This document shows positions 35,001-44,697 of a stretch of 64,000 nt of DNA, one piece after another. The position numbers were made by a program, and so were the translations under genes. Numbering within the stretch: the stretch's first letter is position 1; every line of letters begins with the position of its first letter. The DNA is from Histomonas meleagridis 2922-C6/04-290x (Eukaryota; Protista; Parabasalia). The notes beneath the pieces were generated by a model. The model saw only the letters and a program-made list of their open reading frames with translations, was not told the origin of the DNA and did no database searches. Location: positions 248,001 through 312,000 of the forward strand of contig JAANOX010000017.1 in the NCBI GenBank assembly GCA_020184695.1. The letters run 5' to 3'.

Positions 35001-36190
35001 CAGATAAAGTTTATAATGATATTGTAACAAAATTAGATTTTAACATAGAAAATAATGACTTAATTAAAGCAATAAAACCAAATCCAAATTTAACCAATTT
35101 CACGTCAAAAGATAAAAAACAGTTAATTGGTAAACAACTTAAAGAAATAAATGAAAAAACTATTAAAGATATCGTTACAAATCTTAATTTCAAACCTGAA
35201 GAAACAATAATTACAAATATTAACTGTTTTCATTTATGTAATTTCATGCCAAAGGAAAAAACGCATTTAAATGCACCGAAAAGTAACAAAAATATTCAAA
35301 GAATAAATAATGAAACAATAAATGAAATTGTTACAAAATTAGATTTTAAGCCAGAAAACGACTTAATAATTCCAATAGCAAATTCATCTTTAGCTAATTT
35401 CACAATTAAAGACAAATCGCGCAAACCAAATAAACAAATTCTCATTAAAATCAATAAAGAAATCAGTAAAGAAACTATAAATGAAATAATTACGAATATC
35501 AAATTTCAGCCCGAATATTTTCCATTTATATTTGGATCTAATTCATTTTTAAATTCGTTCGCTGCTAAAGATAAAACGCATCCAATAAATAAAAAGTTAT
35601 CGACGCAAAATGATATCCAAATCGATGACGAAATAATTAATGATATAACTTCTCAAATCGAAATGAAATTAGAAAACGATTTATTCACTCAAACTCCAAA
35701 TACATTTTTAATTAATTATACAATAAAAGATAAAAATCATATAATTATCCCAAGAAAAAAGAAAAATAAGAGCGAAATAGAAATTAATAGTGAAATAATT
35801 AATGAAATAACTTCAAATATCAATTTAAGTCCAGAAAATTTATTACCAATTAACATTCCTTCTTCATATTTGTCTAATTTCACAAGTAAAGATAAAACGC
35901 ATCCAATCAATAAGCAAAAGGCGAAACATAATGAAAATGATAACAAATTTAACAAAATAATTAATGAAATAACATCAAATATCAATTTAGGCCCAGAAAA
36001 TTTATTACAAATTAATGTTCCTTCTGCGTATTTGTCTAATTTTATGATAAAAGGAAAGCCAAATTCCATTCGAACAAGTAAACAAAACGAAGCCAAAAGC
36101 TTTGATGATGTAATTGGCGAAATCGTTTCAAATGTTGATTTAAGTATTGATAGCGTTTTTCCTATAAAATTGCCTTCTTTCAATTTGTAA
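32042..36190 (+). CDS. 1382-aa multi-repeat protein with an Sfi1-like (periodic Trp) N-terminus and two ~50-54-aa repeat blocks
   Basis: Basic helical N-terminus with recurring W (FLKWKKK, LTWNSR, KRWIRL, KKWNDF, YQWRNF, KIWNSF, KQWISF, KKWIEF, FVLWKSK), followed by repeat blocks. The Sfi1 call is inferred from pattern only. Confidence 0.5.
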   Translation: MNLSNAVEISGIYKNLKKLNRKIELRRKWFLFASTKLRNNTKYIIQKCVTLSKSLDDFKQKTEETYFLKWKKKLLILKWKKLANALVQKRRVLLFKKIKDTIQQLRKQEDQRKQHQILIHKTKETKLKLLSHKCQNLQQHKLIKNAFLTWNSRYKKKRGIHLKRWIRLSSHYQKSIQHNKLINEHQQFEYRKKWNDFASKLSKIKRLQNQINISNHLYQWRNFTKRLLSIHKFQSLSNFSNYLKIWNSFIHKLIHINQINELCKAKNHLIYRKQWISFVQRKRFCDLYEKQKALIVEKKWIEFARRYCNIIRFNRLKQYNEQLIQCRKEKEKEFETFYNEFTKKTIRSAFKDAISCYWESVQNRQKEAIKNYQLFVAKKYFVLWKSKLIKKVETPKVLITELPKINYNLLLTPLLKSCSYLKSYVSTPSTPQTPVKIVYEKEFEFSFLKDLLNNSIMNLISFKKDKIELYNNDEVDLLQKGFQINIAKPNNKVIYNFEKLNDLPMQKIPKEFNKICDNLIIEKPVILNMLPYIRRVEEIENNEYEIQEYDKHLIIPLYMKDLTCLYNFVRKKKIIKEKIEIPEEITEKLFNESDLNPIIPSLFELDAKYLESFTPQEKKEIKITKEEEQEKEIEIPEEITEKLLNELNVEQIIPHLFELDPKYLETFKPKEKKEIQITEEEEQEKEIEIPDEITEKLFNELNVEQIIPHLFELDITYLELFTPKEKKEIQIVEEEHKVEIPDKITEKLFNELNVEQIIPNIFELDIKCLETFKPKEKKEIQITEEEEIEIPEEIVEKLFNESNLNPIIPNIFELDIKYLDTFKPKEKKEIQITEEEEQEKEIEIPKGIIEKLFNESNLNPIIPSLFDLGTKYLKSFKVKETTIPKKAEEIENETYEIIKSQLNFANYPYVNNITCSNLNNLNRKQKIKSQKPVVDSIFIDDVIGKIDFNPENNIQIETANEYLSNFTSKDKTHSRIKQKQKHGKELSDKVYNDIVTKLDFNIENNDLIKAIKPNPNLTNFTSKDKKQLIGKQLKEINEKTIKDIVTNLNFKPEETIITNINCFHLCNFMPKEKTHLNAPKSNKNIQRINNETINEIVTKLDFKPENDLIIPIANSSLANFTIKDKSRKPNKQILIKINKEISKETINEIITNIKFQPEYFPFIFGSNSFLNSFAAKDKTHPINKKLSTQNDIQIDDEIINDITSQIEMKLENDLFTQTPNTFLINYTIKDKNHIIIPRKKKNKSEIEINSEIINEITSNINLSPENLLPINIPSSYLSNFTSKDKTHPINKQKAKHNENDNKFNKIINEITSNINLGPENLLQINVPSAYLSNFMIKGKPNSIRTSKQNEAKSFDDVIGEIVSNVDLSIDSVFPIKLPSFNL
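33770..34720 (+). repeat. Six ~50-54-aa acidic repeats (EIEIPEEITEKLFNELNVEQIIPHLFELDxKYLETFKPKEKKEIQITEEEEQ)
   Basis: Direct reading of the translation and the DNA repeats. Confidence 0.9.
34850..36180 (+). repeat. About nine degenerate ~50-55-aa repeats (EIxxETINEIxTxLxFxPENxxxIxxxxxxLxNFTxKDKTH)
   Basis: Direct reading of the translation. Confidence 0.8.
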
Positions 36191-36282
36191 AGCATTTATA
36201 TGCACATAAAAACATTAACTTTGTTTAATAGAAATAAATATTTGTATTAATACTTTTTGTTTTTTCATAATTCCCATGACAA

Positions 36283-36345
36283 ACGATAGAAAATTCAATA
36301 ATTTTAATATCGTTTTTGCCAGAAAAAATTATCGTTGTATAGAAA
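36283..36345. repeat. ~63-bp dispersed intergenic element, copy 1 (copy 2 at 45994-46056)
   Basis: Shared blocks acgatagaaaattcaata / atcgttt / cagaaaaaat / tatcgttgtat / gaaa. Confidence 0.75.
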
Positions 36346-36483
36346 GTTCCATCGTAAATTTTCGTAACGAGAGTGCAAAATCTGGTTACAAACCCATTAC
36401 AAACTCTTTTTAGGTGCACAAAATCCCCAAAAATAATAACACTTCGTTTTTATTTATGTCAATTAGATATACATAAACAGATC

Positions 36484-38208
36484 TCACACCTCAAGTACAC
36501 TTAGTCCGCCGTCTGCGCCCGCAGTCATCACTCTTTCGTCGCTCACAAAGCGCACACTCGTAACATCAAAGCTGTGCACAAACATTTCATCATTTTTCCT
36601 CATAGTTTCCACATCCCACAAAGATACAGAGCCATCTCTATGACCCATTGCAATCTTTTTGCCATTTGGCGACACTTTCATACAAGTTATCTCTTTTGTT
36701 TTAGTTTTCATGATTGGATCATTTGATTGCGATACACAAAACTTCATCAAATGGCCATCATGTGTGGAAGCGATTAAGTATTTGTCTGAGATATCAATGT
36801 CAGTTACGCCTGAATCGAAACATGTCAATTGATTTATCATTTTTTCGGACTTCAAATCAAACAAGCAAACTGACATGTCGTCGCTTGAAGAATATAAGTG
36901 CGTTGCAGATGGAACAAACTTAAGGGAATTCACGCGCATGGTATGATTCTTTAAATGTGTCAGAATTTCTCGAGTACGAATATCCCAGATTCGCACGGCT
37001 GCATCGCAACCACCTGTTGCAAAGAATCGCTTCGTTGGTGATATTTCGCATACTGATACTTCAGTATGATGACAATGTTGAATTTCGAAAAGTTTTTCTG
37101 CAGTGTTAAAATCAAATCCATTAACAGCTCCATTGTTGTATCCAACGATCAGTAAATTAGGTGATAATGCAACTGCTGTTGGGGAATATCGAGCGTTTGC
37201 TGTGAACGATAGCCGACAGTTTAAACGGTCGTTGTCCCACACTTTAACGGTCTTGTCAACCGCCGATGAAGCCGATACACTTCCACAGCACGCAATTGAT
37301 GTGACGGTTGTAGGGTTTGATTCCCAAACAACGCCGGCATTGCATGAGATGAAACAGCCGTCAGTAGTGATGATATGGTCATTGTATATGCATGCAATTG
37401 GATGGTTACATGAATATATTTTTCGTGATGTGTTTAAATCAATTGAATGAAGAGTTCCATCCCCACAAGAAGCTAAAATGCCACCGTCATTGGATGTGTA
37501 GAGATAAGTAACACCTTTGCTGCCAACAGGAAGGATTTTTATAAGTGTACGACTATGAAGTTCAAATATAAGGACATCTGATGATTCAGTGGAACAAAAA
37601 AGATGAGTATCTGTGAAGGCAAAGGATGATACTGTTCGAACTACCTTTCCTTGAGGAAGATTATGTGTGGTAATTGAGCCTGTTGATGGATCAATGATAT
37701 GCAATGATATTCCTTGAGAACCATATGTTGCAAGATAAAATGTTGGAGTGGGACGCCCTTTGACATCTGGTACACGGCCTCCCCATTTAATTGTTTCTAT
37801 TGGGTTGAACTTGTGATGTGTAACAATATTTCCAGTTGCCATGTCCCAAATGATAAGACGGCCTTCATTGCCATAAGTAGCAAGAAGGCGTTCATCTTGT
37901 GAAAAAGAAAGACAAGAAATCCCACCATCATGTTCTGAAAATCTAAAAAGAATTGATTTGTTGGAATATCTCCAAACAATAACATCTGAACGTAAGCCTT
38001 CTTGACCTGCAGCAATCATCCTTCCTTTTGGTGACATATCAAGACATGTAATTTTTTCATCACAACCTTCAAGAAAAGATTGTGTACCAGATTTTGATTC
38101 AACGACAACGAATTTTGCATATGGATAAATTACTGATCCGTCAATAGGTGAAATAAAAAGACAAGGCGGATGAATTGGGATAAATCCTCTGAACGACGAA
38201 ATTCTCAT
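36484..38208 (-). CDS. WD40-repeat protein, CFAP52/WDR16-like (flagellar)
   Basis: IYPYAKFVVVE..QSFLEGC..ITCLDMSPKGRMIAAGQ..SDVIVWRY..EHDGGISCLSFSQDERLLAT, plus further WD repeats (FATGGCDAAVRIWD). Likely start is ATG 38208, downstream of a TCACTT Inr-like motif. Confidence 0.75.
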   Translation of the reverse strand: MRISSFRGFIPIHPPCLFISPIDGSVIYPYAKFVVVESKSGTQSFLEGCDEKITCLDMSPKGRMIAAGQEGLRSDVIVWRYSNKSILFRFSEHDGGISCLSFSQDERLLATYGNEGRLIIWDMATGNIVTHHKFNPIETIKWGGRVPDVKGRPTPTFYLATYGSQGISLHIIDPSTGSITTHNLPQGKVVRTVSSFAFTDTHLFCSTESSDVLIFELHSRTLIKILPVGSKGVTYLYTSNDGGILASCGDGTLHSIDLNTSRKIYSCNHPIACIYNDHIITTDGCFISCNAGVVWESNPTTVTSIACCGSVSASSAVDKTVKVWDNDRLNCRLSFTANARYSPTAVALSPNLLIVGYNNGAVNGFDFNTAEKLFEIQHCHHTEVSVCEISPTKRFFATGGCDAAVRIWDIRTREILTHLKNHTMRVNSLKFVPSATHLYSSSDDMSVCLFDLKSEKMINQLTCFDSGVTDIDISDKYLIASTHDGHLMKFCVSQSNDPIMKTKTKEITCMKVSPNGKKIAMGHRDGSVSLWDVETMRKNDEMFVHSFDVTSVRFVSDERVMTAGADGGLSVLEV

Positions 38209-38720
38209 TTTGAAAAGGGGGAATATGAAGTGAAGTGTCACTTTGCTATCGGATTGAATAAACTATTCAAAATCACTTAACTTGTTGGCAGGTGAAGGAA
38301 ATGATAAATTTTTTAAAAAAGATGGTGTTACGTAGAAACAAGAAACAAACAGATGCAAAAAAGTATTTCTTCAAACATTTACATGTTGATATCATTGGGA
38401 AATTTAAGCAATCTTAACAAAGAAGTCTTAAATCAAACAAAATCATCGAATATAGAAACAAAAATAAGTTTATCATTTTAAGGAAAAATATTTCATACAA
38501 AGAATCACATTTATTATAATGCCCTCATAAAATCAAAGCGATTGTTATGCTTTTTATTTAATGATAGTTTTTAACCAATAGTTGAAAGCTGATTATATTT
38601 TTTCTTCACCATTCCTTCACTCCGTAAACTATTGAATTTTCCTTCACTCGAGACTTCTGAATCTTTGAATTAACCGAAATATAGATTCAAAAGACAATAA
38701 AAGAGAAAACATTGGGTTGT

Positions 38721-39074
38721 ATGAAAACACAATCCAATCCAGATGATTTTCTAACAGACGATGAAGCATGTGGTATGATGTCAGATTCATATTCAGAATC
38801 TTTCGTTTCTTGTTCAACATTTTCAATTGATTCATTTTCAAACGAAGCCACCGAAAGTTCCCAGGATTTTCTAAGCGATGACGATTCGGATTATTTTGAT
38901 ATCCCATCACAGATTCCAAAAAACGACAGAATTATTGTAACAATAACAAATTCATACAGTGATAGTAGTAAAATAGATGCTTTTGATACAGACCCACCAA
39001 CAGATATAGACTTTATAAGTTCCAAATCGAATGAAGAAGAGACAGAAGCTGAAGAAGAATTTATATTAGAATAA
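38721..39074 (+). CDS. Small acidic, Ser/Asp-rich hypothetical protein (117 aa)
   Basis: ATG at 38721 (the track start is a TTG). Higher GC than its flanks and D/E/S-rich. Confidence 0.55.
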   Translation: MKTQSNPDDFLTDDEACGMMSDSYSESFVSCSTFSIDSFSNEATESSQDFLSDDDSDYFDIPSQIPKNDRIIVTITNSYSDSSKIDAFDTDPPTDIDFISSKSNEEETEAEEEFILE

Positions 39075-40039
39075 CTGTTTTTTATCAATAAATTGTTTGT
39101 ATGTTTTTATCACCTAAATGCTATTTATTTTAAGGAATTGGAGATAAAATTATGTTTTTAGTCGATGCGATTTGTGGATGACATGATAAAAATTATAAAC
39201 GTATATGATTTTTGTAAACTTCTGAAATTACAGTTATTTTCAACGCTAATTTGTTCATATCATTTCTTGCACAAAAATCGTTTTGCTTTAAAAAAATATC
39301 AATTATTAAAATTAATTAACCTCTTTTGTTCTATATGCATAGTTAATATTATGTGCATAAATAGTAATATTGTTAAGCAGTAGTTTTCGAAATGGAAAAC
39401 ATATATGAAATTCGTATAATGAATGTTTATATTAGGGCATGTAAATATATTGATCATTATTTTTTGAATATTTTTTAAGAATTATAGAAAATTCAAATAT
39501 TAAAAGAAGGGAAAATATTTTTAATGTGAATTTGTTTCTTTCTAACTTATTTAGTAAACTTTTATTTATTGAAAATATTATTTGGAAAATGATCACGGTT
39601 ATGTTTGTGATTCAATGTTTGTCCAATTCTCATCAAATTTTTTTAACAATATTTATACCATCTTTCAGTAAATCCCTTAATTATTTAGAAAATAAAAATT
39701 TTACATGTATTACCTACATTTAAATACTGAGCCATTTTATTACATAATCTTCATAAGGTTGATTCTTCCAAAAATAAATATTGAATCTTTTATAAAATAT
39801 CAAATATAAATCACATGGAGCATTTCCAACTATCAGACAAAGAACAAACTTGTTGATAGATATAAGAATTTATCATTCATTTCACATATTTGTGATTAAT
39901 ATCAAAACATAACTTAAAAACTCAATATTTATTTACGAATGTGTTTCTTAATTAAAGTACACCGCACTTATATCTGCAAACCGCCACATATTACTTTTAT
40001 ATAAACAAAATAAATCTGTTAGAATTTACTTGAATCAAA

Positions 40040-41482
40040 TTAGAAAAGGAATGAGAGCGCTCCTCCTGATTTGGCGGCCTCTTTGCTGACCTCTTCAGCG
40101 AACTGGTAAAGGATTGATACGGCTAAAATGATACCCGTTCCAGATCCGAATGCGCCAAGGAAGTCGGCGACGAATGAGAGAAGTCCAGTGAGGATACCGC
40201 CGAGTGCAGCCGCTGTTGGGATGTAGTAGTTAAGCTTCTTCGCAATCGCGTTCTTATCTTCACGATGGCCTTGGATTGTAAGGTGTTGTGCCTTAAGACT
40301 ATTAGCGACATCCTTAGCAGATTGGCCACTAATGTTAATGTAGTAATAAGCAATGATACCAGCAGAGCTTAAAATGATGATCAAATAAATGAGTGTATGT
40401 AATGGATCATTAAGTGTATGTTTGATTGATGTTGGCGCTTGAAGATAATATGCTAAACCACTGATTGGAACTGCATATTCATCACCTAAGCCTTGTTCTG
40501 GTGATCTCCAGACACCAAGAATACGTGTAACAATTGATTCTGGCCAACGTGAACAAATGATTCTTGAGAATGAGCAGATTTGTGAAATAACTGTGGATTG
40601 AACAATGATTGGTGTAGTGGATGCATAGAAAAGCTTAATCTCGAACGGTTTTGGATCGGCGCGGTTAACGGTCGTCATTAAACGGACGTCAATTTTGATG
40701 TGCTCAAAGAAAATGACTGCGATGAAGACAAGAAGCGTAGAGAAGACGTTGGAAAGGTTTGGAAGGTGTGAGCGGAACATAGCTTCTCGAATAGCTCTGA
40801 GTTTATCTTTACGTGTGATAAGAAGATGGAAGAATGCAACAATTGCACCTTCATATTCTTTACCACGTCCATATGTGAATGATTGGAATGAGAAAAGACG
40901 CCAAACAATTTGTTCGCAAATGTTTGTAGCAATGAATAATGAAATACCGGAGCCAATGCCATAACCATTTTGAAGCATTTCATCAAGAAGGATAACAACC
41001 ACAGCAGCAACAAGTAATTGAGCGATGATTGCAACTGAACCGAAAACTCCAATGTCTTTAAGAACTCCGTATTGACCTGTGAAGAGAGCTGTGCATGCTT
41101 GGAATAATGTCATGACTAAGCCAGCAAGCTTTTGAGCAGCATCGAAAAGTGCTGTTGATTCTTGATTTGTTTGATCACGATTGATCAGTCCGAATCCGGA
41201 TAGGAGTTGAAGAATCATACCTGAGCTAACAATTGGGGATATACCAAGTTCCATAAGTGTATACTTAGATGAAGCAGTAAGGAGGCGAAGGTGATACATT
41301 GGGTCTTGATGAGCAACTTTACGAACACCATAAAGTGGAGTTAATGTACAAACGAGATATAAAGCGAGTGCTGCAAAAGTATACATCAATCTCCTTCTAA
41401 TGTCAATATCATTCTTTGGCTTCGGCACCGTCGGTACAAAGTTAAGAACAGGCTGCAGAAAGTGGAGCAGATCGAATCCCAT
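40040..41482 (-). CDS. SEC61A: Protein transport protein Sec61 subunit alpha
   Basis: TLMELGISPIVSSGMILQLL, GYGIGSGISLFIATNICEQIVW, IKLFYASTTPII, GSGTGIILAVSILYQ. Start MGFDLLHFL at 41482 gives 480 aa. Confidence 0.95.
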   Translation of the reverse strand: MGFDLLHFLQPVLNFVPTVPKPKNDIDIRRRLMYTFAALALYLVCTLTPLYGVRKVAHQDPMYHLRLLTASSKYTLMELGISPIVSSGMILQLLSGFGLINRDQTNQESTALFDAAQKLAGLVMTLFQACTALFTGQYGVLKDIGVFGSVAIIAQLLVAAVVVILLDEMLQNGYGIGSGISLFIATNICEQIVWRLFSFQSFTYGRGKEYEGAIVAFFHLLITRKDKLRAIREAMFRSHLPNLSNVFSTLLVFIAVIFFEHIKIDVRLMTTVNRADPKPFEIKLFYASTTPIIVQSTVISQICSFSRIICSRWPESIVTRILGVWRSPEQGLGDEYAVPISGLAYYLQAPTSIKHTLNDPLHTLIYLIIILSSAGIIAYYYINISGQSAKDVANSLKAQHLTIQGHREDKNAIAKKLNYYIPTAAALGGILTGLLSFVADFLGAFGSGTGIILAVSILYQFAEEVSKEAAKSGGALSFLF

Positions 41483-41591
41483 TTTTGATTGGCCCGGAAC
41501 CGAAACGGGGCACCCCGAACTGTCAAACGCAGCAAACTTAGGACAAAATATCATAGAAATGAAAAGTATTTAATTTACTAATACAAAAGTC

Positions 41592-43139
41592 CTAAGCTTC
41601 AGCGGGCATTTCTTCATTAACTTCTTCCTCATAACTATTGTTAGACGAAGAATTCCCATTTTCATTATCATTTTTCTTTGATCTCAGAAGTTTATACATT
41701 GAAACTCCTGCGAAACAAAACGAAACAACGAAAGAAAACGTGTCATTGTATATGTACGCCTTGAATATTTCTCCCGGGTCTGTCTTATTATTCAAGTAGG
41801 TAATTGTCGAGAATATTGGCAACGGAAGTAAAGACGTGAACACACTTACCAAACCAGCCAGCAGCGGCTTCTTAATTGCCTGCAAGAACGAAGCGGTCAG
41901 CATTCGCATTGGGCATAACATCATTGTATAAAAGTTATTGGGTATAATGATTTTAGCCCAATACAAAATCCTTTCGGTGCTGTTCCATATTCCTGCGATT
42001 TTGTCCGGCCAAATGCACATCACTATTGTCACTATCATTGTCCAGAGGCACATGATCCAAAACGCGTGGAGTGACAAAAACAAAATCCGTTTATATCTTC
42101 CAGCTCCAAATGCGTATGAAGTTGGCGGTAAATACGCAGTATTAAACGCAAGGATAATACAGATGGCTAATTGATATAAACGTAATAAGATGTTCCATAA
42201 CGCCATAATATCATTGAATTCTCCAATCGCTCGTGCGGCATTTGAAACAAACTTTTGTAAGACAACCTCCGGTATCGTCGTCGATAAGTTCATTAATAAC
42301 GCTGAAATAGCAACTAATAACGCGTTGTACGTTTCTTTGTTGAATTTTTGTACGAATAACCGCCAGTGAAGACGTGTGGTAAAACGGCCTTTGAACAAAC
42401 AGATGACAATCGCTGACATTGGAACAAATTCGGACAAAACGGTCGCTAACGAGGCGCCCCAAACGCCCGTTTTTACGCCGATAAGTAGTAACGGATCCCA
42501 TAGTGCCATATTAGCAATGAGTGAACTTAATTGACAAAAACCAAAAGTCCATGTACGACCTTCTGCTTCAAGTACTCCTAAAACACAAAGATACATGGTG
42601 GCGGAGAATGAACAGCACATGTGTGGAAGGACATAATAAAATCCTTCGTTTGCAATGCTCTGATCATTTGATAGCCATAACAAAAGAGGTTTGGTACTTG
42701 GTAAGAGAATCGCAGGAATAAGTACCCCTATGATAAGGGCGACCCTAATTAAGTCAGCAAGAACTTGCGGAGCTTCATTTTGTCGGCCACTTCCATATAG
42801 ATATGAGATTTTGGAACTTGTCGCAATGTTTAAAAAGTTTCCAAATGCAATTGCAACGTAATCAATGACATAACAACTGGAAACAACTGTAAGTCCATAC
42901 GGGCCAACAAATTTTGATATGTACATGGAATCAATAATACCATAAAATGCATTGGTCAGTTGTGAAATAAGAGGACCTGCTAAAAGGCTTAAGATTGTTA
43001 TCAAAGGAGGTCGAGCGCCAAGTCGATAATGTTCATCTTTTTTCTTCTTTTCTTCTTGGATTAATTCTTCTTCGCGCGCATCTTCTTCTTCTTGGCCGCT
43101 TGTGCTTTGGCTAAGGAGCTCTCCTGAGGATGAAGACAT
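41592..43139 (-). CDS. MATE-family (MatE) efflux transporter
   Basis: PLISQLTNAFYGIIDSMYISKFVG, ISYLYGSGR, LKTGVWGASLATVLSE and a second half with TSYAFGAGRYKRI; about 12 hydrophobic segments. Confidence 0.9.
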   Translation of the reverse strand: MSSSSGELLSQSTSGQEEEDAREEELIQEEKKKKDEHYRLGARPPLITILSLLAGPLISQLTNAFYGIIDSMYISKFVGPYGLTVVSSCYVIDYVAIAFGNFLNIATSSKISYLYGSGRQNEAPQVLADLIRVALIIGVLIPAILLPSTKPLLLWLSNDQSIANEGFYYVLPHMCCSFSATMYLCVLGVLEAEGRTWTFGFCQLSSLIANMALWDPLLLIGVKTGVWGASLATVLSEFVPMSAIVICLFKGRFTTRLHWRLFVQKFNKETYNALLVAISALLMNLSTTIPEVVLQKFVSNAARAIGEFNDIMALWNILLRLYQLAICIILAFNTAYLPPTSYAFGAGRYKRILFLSLHAFWIMCLWTMIVTIVMCIWPDKIAGIWNSTERILYWAKIIIPNNFYTMMLCPMRMLTASFLQAIKKPLLAGLVSVFTSLLPLPIFSTITYLNNKTDPGEIFKAYIYNDTFSFVVSFCFAGVSMYKLLRSKKNDNENGNSSSNNSYEEEVNEEMPAEA

Positions 43140-43537
43140 TTGTTTTCACCAGAGTTCTAAAGAAATTTGGTGGACCGCACCATTTGAACGCTTTGATAAG
43201 TTTACATAACGATATAGCGTTTTTTGGTGAACAACATCTTCCAAAGTGATATTCACTTTCATATAAGTAAAAAAACATATTTTCTCTTACAAAAGAAATG
43301 AAATCTATAACTTTGATGAACATAAAAAATGATTACTGAACATTTGGTAAATTGTGATTTCAATTAATATTAAGTTTAAGTTTTGCATCTGCATAGTGAA
43401 TGAGTTTCATGTTTAGATCTGATTGGTCATTTCTTTTGTAAGAGTGCTTTATAGAGTTGAAGTGTTTGGACGATATGAAGATTCATTTAATTTTGAACAC
43501 GAAGATAAAATATCATTGAAAAAGTTGTGGCAAAGTG

Positions 43538-44317
43538 ATGAAGCAATACGTTGTGGATGCATTCACCAATGAGGTTTTCCATGGAAACCAAGCGGCTGTA
43601 TGCGTGCTTGAAAAATGGATTCCTGAAGAATTGATGATAAATATTACAATTGAGAATAATTTCTCAGAGACTGCTTTTACAGTAAAGGAAGGAAACAAAT
43701 ATCATCTTAGGTGGTTTACACCTGGTGGAGAGATTGACCTTTGTGGGCATGCAACACTTGCATGCGCATTTGTACTTTTGAATTATTATATTCTTGATCA
43801 AAAAAGTGTAACATTTTCAACATTAAGTGGCAACTTATTCGTAGAGAGAAAAGGAGATCTTTACGAAATGGAATTCCCTGCATATGATCTTAAGCCTGTT
43901 CCAATTACTGATGAATTAATTGAAGCCATTGGAGTTACACCAAAAGAAGCATACCTTGGAAGAGACCTTATGTGCGTATTTGAAGACGAGAATATAATAC
44001 GAACAATAAATCCTGATATGGAAAAACTATTAAAAGTTGATGGCTTATTATTACATGTTACAGCACCAGGAAATAACTACGATTGCGTTTCTAGAAGTTT
44101 CGCGCCTAAGCTAAATGTTATTGAAGATCCTGTTTGCGGTTCTGGACATTGTCATATTGTACCATTTTGGTCAAAACGTTTGAACAAAACAGAAATAGTT
44201 GCATTCCAAGCGTCAAAACGTGGAGGCACATTATATTGTAGGATGAATGGGAAAAGGATATTTTTAGCAGGAAATGCTGCTTTGTTCTCAACTTGTGAAC
44301 TAAATATAAAGATTTAA
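43538..44317 (+). CDS. PhzF/PhzC-family isomerase (phenazine biosynthesis-like, DAP-epimerase fold), bacterial type
   Basis: VDAFT..FHGNQAAV, NNFSETAF, LRWFTPGGEIDLCGHATLA, SRSFAPKLNVIEDPVCGSGHC, FQASKRGG. ATG at 43538. Confidence 0.92.
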   Translation: MKQYVVDAFTNEVFHGNQAAVCVLEKWIPEELMINITIENNFSETAFTVKEGNKYHLRWFTPGGEIDLCGHATLACAFVLLNYYILDQKSVTFSTLSGNLFVERKGDLYEMEFPAYDLKPVPITDELIEAIGVTPKEAYLGRDLMCVFEDENIIRTINPDMEKLLKVDGLLLHVTAPGNNYDCVSRSFAPKLNVIEDPVCGSGHCHIVPFWSKRLNKTEIVAFQASKRGGTLYCRMNGKRIFLAGNAALFSTCELNIKI

Positions 44318-44674
44318 ATTTGATTATGTAATGAAATGTTTTGTTTATTGCTCAGTATATTAAATGAAGCAAAATATTCGCTTAATTGTGAAAACTAGTA
44401 GACATATCGAATGGTTTTATGTTAACCCATAATGACCACTGATTAGCATAATAAAAGAAAACAAAGCAATTTCTTTTTTTCTTGTGATTATTGATCGGCC
44501 ACATTAATTTTTGTAAAATTTGAAAATCCTTAACTTTGTTCTAAAAAATTGATGTTAATGTTAAAGTATAAAAAAATCCATTGTTTTTAAATGAATATAC
44601 TTCGTGAATGTTTGGAAACTGAAGCTGGCTCGAGCAAAATTTTGGCTACTCAAATGTGGAAATTGAATGCTTTT

Positions 44675-44682
44675 TACGGTTA
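44675..44682 (+). promoter_or_regulatory. M3-like (Myb-type) core-promoter motif upstream of the Pumilio gene
   Basis: TACGGTTA lies 16-23 nt before the ATG. Equivalent sense-strand ACGGTT motifs precede the TKL, NOG2, ankyrin and centriolin-like genes. Confidence 0.45.
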
Positions 44683-44697
44683 TTTTGAACTGGCAAA

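Noticed and set aside
38712-38720. N-terminal MGC myristoylation/palmitoylation motif
   Set aside because: The 'M' is a TTG codon. The first ATG is at 38721, after the Gly-Cys.
41483-41554. 24-aa N-terminal extension on Sec61alpha
   Set aside because: ATG 41482 gives the normal Sec61alpha N-terminus and length; the extension looks like promoter/UTR sequence.
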